DNA from: Eledone cirrhosa
Lineage: Eukaryota
Direction: 5' to 3'
Assembly (NCBI GenBank): GCA_964016885.1
Contig: OZ024741.1
Location: 389,918,001-389,982,000 of the forward strand
Length of the DNA stretch: 64,000 bases
The notes under the pieces were generated by a model. The model worked only from the letters and a program-made list of their open reading frames with translations, was not told where the DNA came from and did not search any database. The translations under genes and the position numbers were made by a program. Shown here one piece after another: positions 35,348 through 48,418 of this stretch (position 1 is its first letter; each line of letters opens with the position of its first letter).

Positions 35348-38161
35348 TATATACATGTGTATATATATATATAATATATATATTGGAAATGTGTGATATC
35401 CTTGGTACAGTTAGGTATATTTGAAAAAAAGGAAAAGAATGACTTCACTTGTAGTTCTAAATAATTTGATTTAATGTTATAATATTATGAGTTGGTAGAT
35501 CTAGTAAGTTCTCTGTTAACTTCGGTGGGAAGAATTTTAAAGATTCCTGGTTAACTTTCTTGGAGAACTTTCTTGCATTCATCGATTGCAATTGTCAAAC
35601 TGAGATGAGGTTGTGTTGTGATGTGTGACTCTATATAGTTCCAGACTGGAACCAGCTGTTGAAACAGCCAGATCTCAACTGTTGGGGTCCCGACTCTTTA
35701 TAATATGTATATATATATATTGGGGTATGGGGGTTGCTTCAATCTCTTATCATTTTTTTCCTTTTATTTGATTTATACACAGGCTTTCAAAAGTTAGATT
35801 AGGTTGACTAGCATTTATGTATTGACTGGTGTCAATTCCAGAGTTAACATTACTTTAGTATTTAAGGTGATTTGAATATTGCTGTTATGTGTTGTTTGGG
35901 TTTGCTTTGTTCGTTCAGGTTTTATGATTTAAACTCTTGTTTTGGTTTACGTGTGGGGTTTTCTATAGTGCAACTGTGTTGACTTCTATTCATATTTAGT
36001 TGGTTATTTAATTACTGAGCCTATAGTTTCACTTTGTCCCCTCCCCCTTTTTTTTCAGGTTTGTCAGTTTGTTAAGTGGCATATGGTTTGAATTAGATTA
36101 ATGGGGGATTACAAGGTTTCAGTCAAGTTATTTCAGGCTCAGGTGATTGAACAGCTGGTTTGCTTCAGTGTGTGTCTGTACTTGAGATCAGGTTTGTTGG
36201 GGGTATAGGTCAGAGGTAGTTTCTGGTGGTTGCACTGAGTATGTCTGTGCTACACTGAGCAGCACAGAAAATAAGAGCTGTTAAAAGGGGCAGATGAACT
36301 CATCTCATGCCAAAGCTATATCTTTTTCTTTAATCCCAATTGTGTTGGGACAAAGTAAATGTGTTGAGAGACTTGAGGCTATAGTATTTTGTGATTTGAT
36401 TGAACAAAGACAATGTAGGGTCTTGGACAACTCTTCAGTCTGGATAAGCCTATAACAACCCCTCTAGTGCTGGTGCTATGATGAAACACTCCCAGTCTAC
36501 TCTGTACAATGGTAGTTCATGGGCTATAATAAAACATACCCAGTCCACCCTGTAAAGTAGTAGTGCTGATGCTACGAAAAAATGCACCCAGTACACTCTG
36601 TAAGATGGCTGGTGTTAAGAAGGGCAACCTGCCATAGAAACTATGCCAAATATGGAACATATAAGCAAGATTAGGTTGCCTTGTCCTGTCAGATCTCAGG
36701 CCATGACAACTCAGCCAACACATGCCAGCATGGAAAGTGTGCATCTAAATGATAATGATGATGGGATGATTTTATCTATATGCGGAGAATCAGCAGAAAT
36801 TGTTGGTGTTTGATTAAAAACCTTAGCTTTTGTACTCACTTTCTGCACTCTGAATTTAAATCCTGTCACTATCAACTTTTCCTTTTTTTCCCTTTTATGA
36901 TTGATAAACAAAGTACCAGATGTTTGATGATCTACATGATAAACACACCCAGTACACACTGTAAATTGTTTGTTGATAGTGAGGACATCCATCCATAGAA
37001 AGCCTGTCAAACAAAGAGTCAGGAGGTCTCTTCATTCATGTGAAGGACATAATAGCCTCCCTAGTGATCTATACACTAAACGCACTTAGTACACACTGTA
37101 AAGTGGTTGGTGATAAGAAGGGCATCCAGCCATATAAAGCTTGCCAAACAAAGGATTGGGAGGATCCTCAGTTGTGTCAAAAACATAACCACCTCCCCTG
37201 TGCACTCAGTAGATTGTGAGACCGTACATAAGTGAGATGACAGATCCCTGTCTTGTCTGCGAGATTACTAGCCACTACTTCAGTACTGACTTGGTCTATG
37301 TAGACTGTTGCAACCCTTGCTAGCAGGGAAAGCAGATGTTAAAACGATGATGATGATGATGACGACGACAGAATGCTTTGCAGTATTTGATCGAATTCTG
37401 TGTGTTAAAATCTTTCCTCCTTCTGCCAGGAATTGCAACCAGCATATTGTATCAGCAATGGAAAGACCAACAGAAACATAGTTTCGTTGGTCCAATCTAA
37501 TGACCTGCCTCTTTCTTTTCCTTCATGTATGGAGTTAGAGTATCCTTCTCTGGAAAAAATCTGCTGTGTCCAAACCTGGAGAGGAGATGGGCTCCACAAG
37601 GTTTTAAAATGACCTAGAAACACCATATATCAATACAGCATCCCTATGACTCCCTCAGGAGTTACAAGACCATGGATTTAGAGTATCTGTCATAAGCAAA
37701 TATCAATTTTTGATAGTCGTCCTTCTGAATCAATTTGTCTGACCTAAATGCACAATAAGGATGATTTTGCTGATAGCAGCATCAAATTATTCACATAAAA
37801 TAAAGAGAATCTCCCAATAGATCCATTTCATATATTTACAATATTTGTTCACAGTTCAGTTGGTAATATCCTAAATAAGTGAATCACCTATTATTTGGTT
37901 CTCATCCAAGGAGTAAATAGCTGCCATTACAGCATTACTTTGTTTACTATATAGTATATGAACATCCCTTCTCCAACACAGTAGTTGTAAGTTTTTGGCA
38001 TTGTTTTGACATAGTTGTTCTCCTAGCTGTTAATATAGCCAGATCTTGCCAACATTCTGATAACAATGATATTCTTTTTTTAATTTTAATTTTTTACAAC
38101 AGTACTGTTTATATATTCTACCAACATTTCTCTCTTATAAACTGTTTTTATATTGATTTAA

Positions 38162-38381
38162 CCCTTTAGTGTTCAAACCGGCCAAAACCGGCCAGAATTC
38201 TCTATCTCTTTCTATTGAAACTGGCTGTAACTGGTCACTCAAACTGATGTTAAGGTATTGTTTTCAAAATAAATACTTTCAAAATCTCATAGATTCGATA
38301 TTATGTGAGATAATTATGTGAGGTAAAGCCTTTACCATTAAAATATAATAGTATATATAAAATAATGTGAATGCTAAAGGG
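38162..38381. mobile_element. piggyBac-type MITE
   Basis: TTAA on both sides; TIRs CCCTTTAGTGTTCA / TGAATGCTAAAGGG; 220 bp, non-coding. Confidence 0.8.
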
Positions 38382-38579
38382 TTAAACATTTAATTTTTCT
38401 TTGTATCGTATATTGAATATGTATCTATTTTCTGTGCAAGAAGTGTATAATTGAAGGAGACACTGTTGTTAATAAATAGAACAGGTCAAAGGCAATAATG
38501 ATTAACTTGGCCTTGGTTATTAATTGAAAGATAAAACATTAATTTGACATGGTCAAAGAATGTGATAACTAATTGGGAC

Positions 38580-39065
38580 TCATCATCATCATCATTTTAT
38601 GCCTGTTGTTCCACACTTGCATAGGTTGGATGGTCCTTCTCATTACAGCATCTCTCCACCTGTCTCATTCCTTTGTCATCACTTCCATGAGCTTTAATAA
38701 TCTGAGATCAACTCTCATCACTTATATCCAGGTCTTTCTTGGTTTTCCTCTACTGTGGCTTCCTTCCACTAGGATTATTTGGCACATCTTCACCCAACCA
38801 TCATCATCCCATCATCCATGTGCATCATATGTCCATACTAATGCAGTCTCCTCTCCTGCACACTACTTTATATTCCTCTTATACCCAGTTTCTTCCTCAG
38901 TTCATCCATGTTTTGCTGTTCTTGCACAAAATAGAAGCATGCTTGCCTCATTTCCCTTTAGCCTCTCCATGTCTGCTGTGTCCACTACCCATGTCTCATT
39001 ACCATACAGCATGGCACTTTGCACACAGGTGTCATACAATTGACCTTTCATTCGTAGGGAGAAAT
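38580..39065 (-). mobile_element. Old RTE LINE 3' fragment (related pieces at ~39445-39740 and ~28980-29160)
   Basis: Decayed RLYD..V.SAMLYGSETW and GKPRKTW on the minus strand; (CAT)n tail. Confidence 0.65.
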
Positions 39066-39223
39066 CTCAATTGATATATTATTAAATAATGTATTATTGC
39101 TAGATCGAGCATCATATTCACCACTCATCAGGATATAAAATAACAGTTTTTCAAAACAGAAATATATTTCTGGAAAATGAAATCAGTGATAGGGATTTAA
39201 TTTCCAATGCTATTATTTCTTCT

Positions 39224-39408
39224 GTGGATTGGCAGTATCGGTAGAGGGTCGGTCGCCATGCTTTCTAGCATAGTTACGTTCCTTTACAGTCTGAGTTCAA
39301 ATCCCGCCGAGGTTAACTTTGCCTTTCATCCTTACGGGGTCGATAAAATAAAGTACCAGTAATGTACTGGGTAATTGCTGGCCTTGTGCCTAAAGTAGAA
39401 ACAATTAT
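39224..39408 (+). mobile_element. SINE family B copy
   Basis: Near-identical to 16967-17159. Confidence 0.8.
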
Positions 39409-41238
39409 TTCTTCTAAATTATATTGCTGTTGCCTTCAAGTTATGAATGTCTAGTTTCTGTTAACCTGCCTATGATCCCACTACACCTCTTGTGTACCCA
39501 TATTTTACATTGAGTACACTATATATATAGTTCCTACCTATTCCTTTTCTGCAAATCGAGTATGGCTTTTTCCCAGATAGTATTGAGGTGTTGTCTTCTT
39601 TCCTATTTACTAGAACTTTGATCTTTGCTAAGTTTAATCTGAGCCCTTGTGGTTCTAGGTTTTGTTTCTGCAACAGGAATTACTTCCCTAGCTCTTCCAC
39701 AGATTCAGTTATAAGAACCAAGTCATCAGCATGCAGAATTAGCATGCAGAATTTTCCATGGGCAGATGATCTTAATCTCTTCTGTTTCTCAGAAGTTTCT
39801 CCCTAACTCAGTTGTGTTCCCTTTGTATATGTCATGACAATAACTGATGAAATAGAAGACATCGTGGTCCAAGGCATCAGTCTTTTAAAGATTGCAACTA
39901 CTATGTACCAACCAGCTACAGTATAGAGACAGAATGTTTTGTCATAGAGGTTTACTCCTCTAGATAAGCATAACCCTGCTGTGTGTGACAACTAAGGCTC
40001 TATACTGCACCAAAGAGAAAACTATGTTTGGTCTGAGATTGTTTATTTTTAGCATATTTACAATGAAGCTTCATGTCTATTGACTGTTTCTCTGTCCACC
40101 ACCTAGGGTATCTGTACAATTACAAATTTATTTCACCTATAGATGAAATTCTAATAGGTACTACCACATAGGGTCAAAATGGATTTGGGAATAATAGCAA
40201 CAAAGAGCTGACTCCATCATCATCATCACCATTTAAGGTCCATTTTCCATGCTTGCATCGGTTAGACAGGTTGTCCATGTCACAAGACAAGTCTGGCCAG
40301 TTGGCCGTGCCGTATATTGCTCTGGCAGAACTGTAGATTTGGCTGGGGTTTTAACAGCTGGATGGCACTGTTATGAGGACAGGGACAGGTCAGTTGGCCA
40401 CACTATACTCTGTTCACAGCAGAAACACAGTTTGGGAGCTGAGTGGTCCTACTATGAGGGAAATCTGACCATGCCAAGTCTTACACATAGTGGAGCCGTG
40501 TCACTGGAAGTCTATCCAGATGGCCACGCCATACCTTGCACAATATCGGGACTGTTGCAGTGTTTTGGGATCTGGGTGATCCTATTATGACGGATGTCTG
40601 ACCAGTTGGCTGACCAAGCCTTACTCATAGTAGAGCCCTGTGTGGCACCAATATGAGGAGGGTCTGGCCAGTTGGCTGTGCTGGGTGGTCCCACTATGGG
40701 GGAGGTTGGGCCTTTTAGCCATGCCTAGCCTTACTCATATATATATAATTACAATGTGCTTATAAACCAAAATTAAAAGTTCAAGATATTTAATCACTGA
40801 TAATTGTTTCTCCCCATAGGAATATACCACTGACATCAAGTTATTTCATTTAACAAATTAGTTAGCATAAACTATAGGAATCATTAGAGTTTAATTAAAG
40901 ACAACAATTGTCAGTGATTAAATGTCTTAAACTTTTAATTTTGGTTTATAAGCACCTTGTAATTATATATTGGCTCTGCTTGATCTTATAGCATTGAGCT
41001 AAAATACACCTAGTAAATTAGTAAAATTTACTAGGAGAAAGCAAGACATTTTAAATGTCTTGCTTTCTTCTCCATATATTTCTGATTATACCTGCTCTGC
41101 TTATCTTCTGCACTTAACTCTCCTTAAATATAAACTCCACTATCATATTTAACATCACATCTCTAATCATTGAGCACGCTTTGCTTTGGCTAATAGTTCC
41201 TTCTCCTCTATTCTTATAATATAGGTCTCTTTTTTTAT

Positions 41239-41276
<38 letters not shown>

Positions 41277-41864
41277 GCAAAAGTTGGGATACAACAAGTA
41301 AATATTTTGGTATCCCTGAAATATGTATAATGAAATAAATATAGTTTCCATTTATTAATATCGCAAGCAGGGAAAAGTGGACGTAAAATGAGATGATGAT
41401 GAGATGATGATATATATAAGATGAGGTAACAAACAGTAAGTTACCTGATAATCTTTGTTTTGTTTTTTGTTCTTGTTTTTGTTGAACAGGAAAAAATTAA
41501 AAAAACAAAGATTACCAAGTAACTTACTGTTTGTTACCTCATCTTACAGTCCATTTTGCATTGTTTAACCTTCTATTTCTTCCAAGTTATATATTATATA
41601 CAATGCTTCAAGCAAACTACAACATTTTTTATATATATATATATATTAGACAGGAACAAAAAACAGAGAGGGAGTACAAATGGTAGTTTATTAGGTTATA
41701 TATATATATATATATAAATTCCCACTTCCTCCTCTTCTTTTCTCTCTCTCTATACCCCTCTTATTTCTCATCTCATGCTTTAGGCTCTCTTTCTTCCTTT
41801 CTCTCCCTCTCTCTATTCAATATGTGGTCATATTTTAACCTGACTTTTTAGTATACATATAAGA

Positions 41865-44510
41865 AGGTAACCTGGAGAAGAAAGATCTGGAAGCTGAAAG
41901 ACCCCTCAGCCAGTAACAGATTTAAAGATATTTTACTCGACGCCTATGACAGTAAAGAAGAAGTGATGCAGACATTCAATGTAGAAGAAACACTTTGGAA
42001 CTTCTGGAGCTCTCACAGCCTCATCCGGCCCTCAGTTTGGATTTATCCCTAACTCCAGCTGCTGTGATCAGCTTATCGAGTTCCTTGAGGACATCATCCG
42101 GATCACTGACAGCGGCTCATGGGTGGATGTTGTTTACCTTGACTTTGCTAAGGCTTTTAATTCTGTGCCACACAAAAGACTTATGGCAAAACTCTCTGCA
42201 ATGGGTGTGAGGGATGATCTTTTCGACTGGCTGAAATCCTTCATTCTCAGCCGAAAGGAAGTAGTCACGGTTCTAGGACAGCATTCTTCACCATATGAGA
42301 TGTCATCTGGTGTACCACAGGGATCTGTTCTTGGTCCTCTTTTGTTTGTGGCATATATTAATGACATAGATGCCAACTTACAGAATGCCACGGTACTAAA
42401 ATATGCAGATGACATCAAGCTGTACCTTGAAATCAAAAGGACTGATCCTGAAATTTACAACTCTTTCCTACAGTCAGACCTGGACACAATGCAGCAATGG
42501 ATCACAGACTGGCAACTGAAGCTGGCTGTGGACAAGTGTACCACCATGCATTTTGGAAGGAAAAATCCAGCGTCCACATACTCCCTCCACAACACTGACA
42601 TCAAAAAGTCCTCTTGTGAACGTGACCTGGGCATTACTGTCAGCAACGATTTGCGTTGGACAAAGCATGTCTCTAAGATTGTCAAGAAGGCCGAGGGTGT
42701 CTTGGCATCACTCAGCAAGACCTTTGTTAGCCGCTCTCCAGCCATCTATTTAAAACTGTATACAGCTATGGTGCGACCACACTTGGAATTCACATCATCA
42801 GTCTGGAACCCCTATCTTGCTCGGAACATTGACCTCCTGGAAACTGTTCAGATACGTGCAACCAAGCGCATACCCTCCATCAGACACCTACCATACTCTG
42901 AACGCATTGCTTCCCTGGGCATGGATTCATTGAAGCTCCGACGTCTGGCAATGGACTTGGTGAATACCCACAAAGTTTTTAACCATCTCGCCAACTGCAA
43001 CCCTGAGCGCCTCTTTGATCTCCATGTGTCTAACACACGTGGACATGCCTACAAGATAAGAAAACAGCACAGCTCCCATGACTTTCGCAGACATTTTTTC
43101 ACGCTCAGAGTTGCTGAAGCATGGAACAAACTGCCTGCGTCAATTGTTAGCTGCCGAGACACTGCATCCTTTAAGACACTCATGCTTCCCGAAATACGCC
43201 AAAACTACACCTGATGTACCCCTTCCATACACATGCACACATGTGTGTATCATGACTCGTGCACTGTTCATTTTACTGATGTTTGTGCATTGCCCTATGT
43301 ACTGTACATGCACTTTTTTGATGAGTTGTGGTGCACCTGGGCACTGTACACAATATTTCATTATTGTTATTGTTATTATATCATGACTCATACACTGTTC
43401 ATTTTCCTGACATTTGTACATTACATTATTCTATGTACTATACATGCACCTTTGATGAGTTGTAGTGCACCTGAGCACTGTACACAATAATTTCATTATT
43501 ATTATCACCGGGAGTTCTTAAAAAATAACCTACTAAAGGCGACGGACGAGATCTGTGGTTGGAGCAAGACCACAGGGAGGAGGAGAGTCATTTGGAGGTG
43601 GAAAATAAAGTATATGAGGCAGTTAAGGCCAAGAGACAGGCATGGAAAGAATGGGGGAAGCAGGGTACATTACATAGAGACCAGGAGGGAAGCTAGGCAA
43701 CAAGTATACTTAGCTAGAAGGGAAGCGGAGGATAGAAAATTCAAGCATGTTTTGCAACATGAGGACCAGAAACAGGAGGTGTTCAAAATTGCGAGGTAGT
43801 ATGTCAGAGAGAATTGTGATGTCATTGGAGAGAAGTGTATCCGGAATGATAAAGGTGAGCTTGCCCTCAAAAGTGCTGAGAAGAAAGATGCGTGGAAAAG
43901 CCATTATGAAAGACTACTAAATGAGGAGAATGCATGGGAAAATAGGGGCCAGCAGTACAAGTCAGCAGCAGCGTAATAAGTAAGGCAATCAAAGATATGA
44001 AGAGGGAGAAGGCAACCGGTCCATCGGGTATAGCTGCCGAGATGCTGAAGGCATCTGAGTCGGTAAGTCACACCATAACCACACGTATTGGTAACTAGGT
44101 AATACTAGAAGGTGTCATACCAAAGGATTGGTGCAGCAGATAGAGGAAACTACAGAGGTATAAAGCTGATGGACCCGGTCATGAAGTAATGGAAAGAGTT
44201 ATAGCACAGTTGATTAGGGATCGGGTGAAACTAGATGAGTTGCAATTTGGATTTGTGCCAGAAAAAGGCACCACTGATGCCCTCTTCTTTGTGAGGAAGT
44301 TACAAGAAAAGTACCTAGCTAAAAGTAAGCCACTCTACCTGGCATTCGTTGATCTGGAAAAAGCCTTCGAAAGAGTGCCCTGTGCTATAATCTGGTTTGC
44401 TCTTAGAAAACTAGGAGTAGATGAATGGCTTGTGAAAGCTGTACAAGCCATGTATAGGGGAGCAGTCAGCAAAGTTAGGATTAGCAATGACTATAGCGAG
44501 GAATTTAGCA
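41865..44510 (+). mobile_element. RTE LINE internal fragment split by a nested CR1 insertion
   Basis: RRKIWKLKDP (41865-42000) resumes as EFLKNNLLKATDEICGWS at ~43510 and runs through FVDLEKAF to NDYSEEFS at 44510; homologous to 2950-4135. Confidence 0.8.
42012..43504 (+). mobile_element. CR1-group LINE, 5'-truncated, RT C-terminal half intact
   Basis: ORF 42123-43214: DVVYLDFAKAF, GVPQGSVLGPLLF, YADD, ERDLG, VRPHLE, TRGH, FF..RV...WN.LP. The 3' UTR is internally duplicated and ends in (ATT)n. Confidence 0.9.
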
Positions 44511-44521
44511 TATATATATAT

Positions 44522-45310
44522 ATGAAATGTATAGAAAACATTGTAGCGAAAAGCCAACGGTATTCCATAATATATAAGTGACTATAGCATCAAAATGGGA
44601 AAAATAGTTAACGTAAGATGTGGGAAAAATAATTCAAACTCATCTCAAAGAGAATCAGGATATAGATTCATCCACAGAATTTAGTGAAATCCATGGAAAA
44701 ATCAATAGAGCCTTAACTCATGATAAAATAAAGTTTAAAATACTCATCCTTCAATTTGGAAAAACTTCAAATGCTCTGTATAGTCTTAAAGACTATTTCA
44801 CGAAAACTGTCAGTGGAGATGGTCACGGTTGGAGTCCGATCCTCAGCAGAGCTCAACTCGATAACCAAGATTCTCACAGATTAATATGCCAAAAAGGGAT
44901 TTTAAAACAGGCTAGTTCACCATCATGCGTGATTATGAAAAATAAAACGCACATGAGGAAAGACAGGGCTGGTGACGTCAGAATGAGACGAATGTTTGTT
45001 TACAAGAAACAACAGTCAAAAAACATTCCGAAAAAAAAACTCTACAAAAAGGAGTTCAGCAAAAAGCAATATTATCGCGGTTTTTTATTAAAAAATACCG
45101 GGATTAGTCACAAATAATTTAAGCACTCTAGGAAAGAAATCCGAGTATAAATATATAAATGAAAGGTATAGAAAACATTGTAGCCAACAGTATTCCATAA
45201 TATATAAGTGACTATAGCGTCAAAATGGGAAAAATAGTTAACGTAAGATGTGGGAAAAATAATTCAAACTCATCTCAAAGAGAATCAGGATATAGATTCA
45301 TCCACAGAAT
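44522..45310 (-). mobile_element. Non-coding hammerhead-containing element with terminal direct repeats (retrozyme-like or non-autonomous PLE)
   Basis: Direct repeats 44522-44680 and 45159-45310 (period 637, with a 7-nt indel); (TA)n on both sides; hammerhead in the unique part. Confidence 0.75.
44767..44861 (-). ncRNA. Type I hammerhead ribozyme
   Basis: Minus strand: TCGAGT TGA GCTCTG CTGAGGA T CGGA..TTCG T GAAA TAGTCT TTA AGACTA TA CAGAGC ATTTGA. Bulged stem I, 7-bp stem III, AUA cleavage site between 44779 and 44778. Confidence 0.85.
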
Positions 45311-47099
45311 ATATATATATATATATATATTCCATTTTTGTCGTTTTATATATATATATACAGCTATGGTTTTTAATAATACAGAAAACTTACAATTTTA
45401 TAAGAACTTTCTTTAACATCTTACTCCCAGAAGGGGAATATCGAGTACAACAGTTAATGAGGTCATATGTACTAAAATACTTCAAAACAGTATACAAAGA
45501 TCTGCTGGGACAAATCTTCTTTGTTTTAAGTTACCAAATTAAATTGAAATGAATTCTTCAAGTTTGATCAAATGGATATTTTTATTCTGAAATGAATTCT
45601 CCAGAAAATAATCTAATCTTTTCATCAATAACTATTTGGAAGAAAGAAAGATGGGAAAAATCAAGTAAACAAAATCAATCAATCAATGAAGAAGAATGTT
45701 AGGAATGCAAAAGTAGTTCTCTGTAATAATCAATTTGTCATCAGCCTGTCTTCATTTAGCAATGCCTCAGAGTGTCAGAAGAACCATGCTTCTTATTCCA
45801 ACATGTTCACCTACAATGTCTTTCTGTCTTGTTGACAATATTGATTTCTTCAGCTGGAGTATCTCTTGCATCTTCATGTTAAAGATATTTGCATCTTCAT
45901 GTTAAAGATATCTAACAACATTCTTTCATGCTATGCTTCCCAGTCTTTCTACCACATGCCATGTATCACTGCAGACAATATTATTTGATTCACTCTTATG
46001 TAAGATGAAGTTATCTTCTGTTTTAATAGTTTCTCTTTGCTCTATTTTAATACTGGCTAAGGTTCTGTTTTTAAAAGTATCCTTATCAGGGCATGTGGTG
46101 TAGTGGTTAGGGTGTTGGGCTCATGATCATTAGGTCATGATTCCTGGACCAGATTGTTCATTGTATTCTTAACCAAAACACTATATTTGGTGTTGCTCAT
46201 TCTGGCAAGAATTGCAACCAGCAGATAGTCTCAGCAATTAAAAAATCAATGGAAACAGTTTTTCTTTGGTTTTATCTAATGTTTGTCTCCTTTCTTTTTT
46301 TCATTTTTGTATATACAATTTTTTAAAGTTTTCTAATATCTAATTTTTTCCATAAACTCTATATGTGTGTCTTGTCATGCTTGTGAGCATGCAATGTTTC
46401 TGTAAATTTCTTTATATGGCCACTTGATTTGCTAAAAATAGCAGCCAAAGCTCTGTCTCAAATCATCATCTTTAAAACAAGAAAGAATATTTTGGAAAAT
46501 GTACATTGGGATAATCATTGTCTGAAAAATGTGATAGTCATGGGTAAAATACCTTTATTATATGCCTGTTCAATACAGGCTGGTCTTGTACTAAGCAACA
46601 GTTACTATAGCTTTTTTATTTCTTCTATAGAGATTTAAAAGGCCATTTTCTTAAAATAAATATTCTATTTTATCTTGAAATTAAATTATTTACTGATTTC
46701 ATTGTTTATTTTCAAATGTTCATCAGTTTTGATATTATAAATTTCTAGTTGCATCTATCAATACATCGCTGCAACTTTTGGTGACGTGTTTCAGATACCT
46801 GTGAATTGTCTGTTGCCTGTTCATCTTGGGACATCTTTTTCACCTCTTTCCATGGGGATACCAATACAGAACCTGATTAGCATGTCTCTCACTTGGTAGT
46901 CATGTGATATGTCTCAACCAGCCAAGTTGATGCTTGCACATGATGTTAGATACACGTTGGTGGCTTCGTTGATGGACTTCTTTATTGAAGTCGCCCCACC
47001 TGATGCCAAGGAGGGTATCTCCCACTTTCTTTTTTTTTACTGTCTGATTTGAATGAGATTCAAATAAGTATAAGTTAGTACTATCTTTTTATATTAAAT

Positions 47100-48418
47100 A
47101 AGGTGCCGGTCCCTTCCGGGAAATGGCCATGCTCAGTGTGTAGGAAAGGCGTAGGTAGAAACTCCATTTTATGTCCCAAATGCAAAGTATGGGTGCATAA
47201 AAGATGTAGTGGGATCACAGGTAAGCTAACTAAGAACACAGATTTTACATGTGACCGGTGCTCTGGTGTAATAAGTAGCAGCAAGTGCCCACAAAATACT
47301 AGCTCTTTCAACTGCGCAGAGGGTTCTATAGAAATAGTGGACAGCTTCCGTTACCTGGGTGACAAAATCAGCAGTGGGGGAGGGTGCTCCGAAAGTACAG
47401 TAGCTAGAGTCAGAACTGGATGGAAAAAGTTCAGAGAGCTTATACCACTATTAGCCGCTAAAGGGTTCTCCCTAAAAGTGAAAGGCAGGTTGTATGATGC
47501 CTGCATACGAACAGCAATGTTGCACGGCAGTGAGACCTGGGCATTGTGTGCAGAGGATATACGCAGACTAGAGAGGAACGAAGCTTGCATACTCCGCTGG
47601 ATGTGTAATAGTAATATACGCGAACGGCAAAGCATAAACGAACTAAGAAAAAAATTAGAAATAAGAGGGATCAGATGTTGTTTACTCGAGAGAAGGCTAC
47701 GTTGGTATGGTCACGTGATGCGCATGAAAGACGACAGCTGTATAACAAAGTGCAGGGCAATAAAGATAGACGGTAGCCACGGAGTAGGCAGACCCAGAAA
47801 AACCTGGGACGAGCTGATAAATTCCGACCTCACACACTTACACCTCTCCAAGACAATGTCACTGGACCGAGAGCTTTGGCGGTACTCAGTAATAGAGAAG
47901 ACCCGCGTTACCTAAATACAAAGTAAAACCTACTACAGTCAGTAGGCATCTCTAACAAAATACACCCCCGTCCCACCACCACCACCCCATCCACACCGCC
48001 CCTTTCAATGTAAAGTTATGTTGGTGCCAGAAAATCCAGGCCGAAACAAATGAGATCGTGTAGGTGTCACGACAAAAAAAAAACACACAGTCCACGCTGT
48101 AATGTGACCGTGTAGGCAACACGGTAAAAACGTCCCAGTCCCACACTGTAAATGTGGTTGGTGTTAGGAAGGGCATCCAGCTGTAGAAAACCTGCCAGAC
48201 AGTCCACGCTGTAATGTGGCCGTGTAGGCAACACGGTAAAAACCTCCCAGCCCCACACTGTAAATGTGGTTGGTGTTAGGAAGGGCATCCAACTGTAGAA
48301 AACCCGCCAGACAGTCCTATGCGAGCAAGACAACCACTCTTGCCTCAAGTGGGAAAACTCCCGTCCAAACCCATGCAAGCATGGAACACGGACGTTAAAC
48401 GATGATGATGATGATGAT
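47100..48418 (+). mobile_element. Young 5'-truncated copy of the RTE LINE at 1498-5581
   Basis: Intact ORF 47103-47915 (PHD + RTE C-terminus), nearly identical to 4385-5190; 3' UTR with a ~120-bp duplication and (GAT)n tail. Confidence 0.92.

Noticed and set aside
44620-45117. 165-aa ORF
   Set aside because: Non-ATG start, low-complexity Lys-rich sequence, antisense to the hammerhead, no domain motifs.
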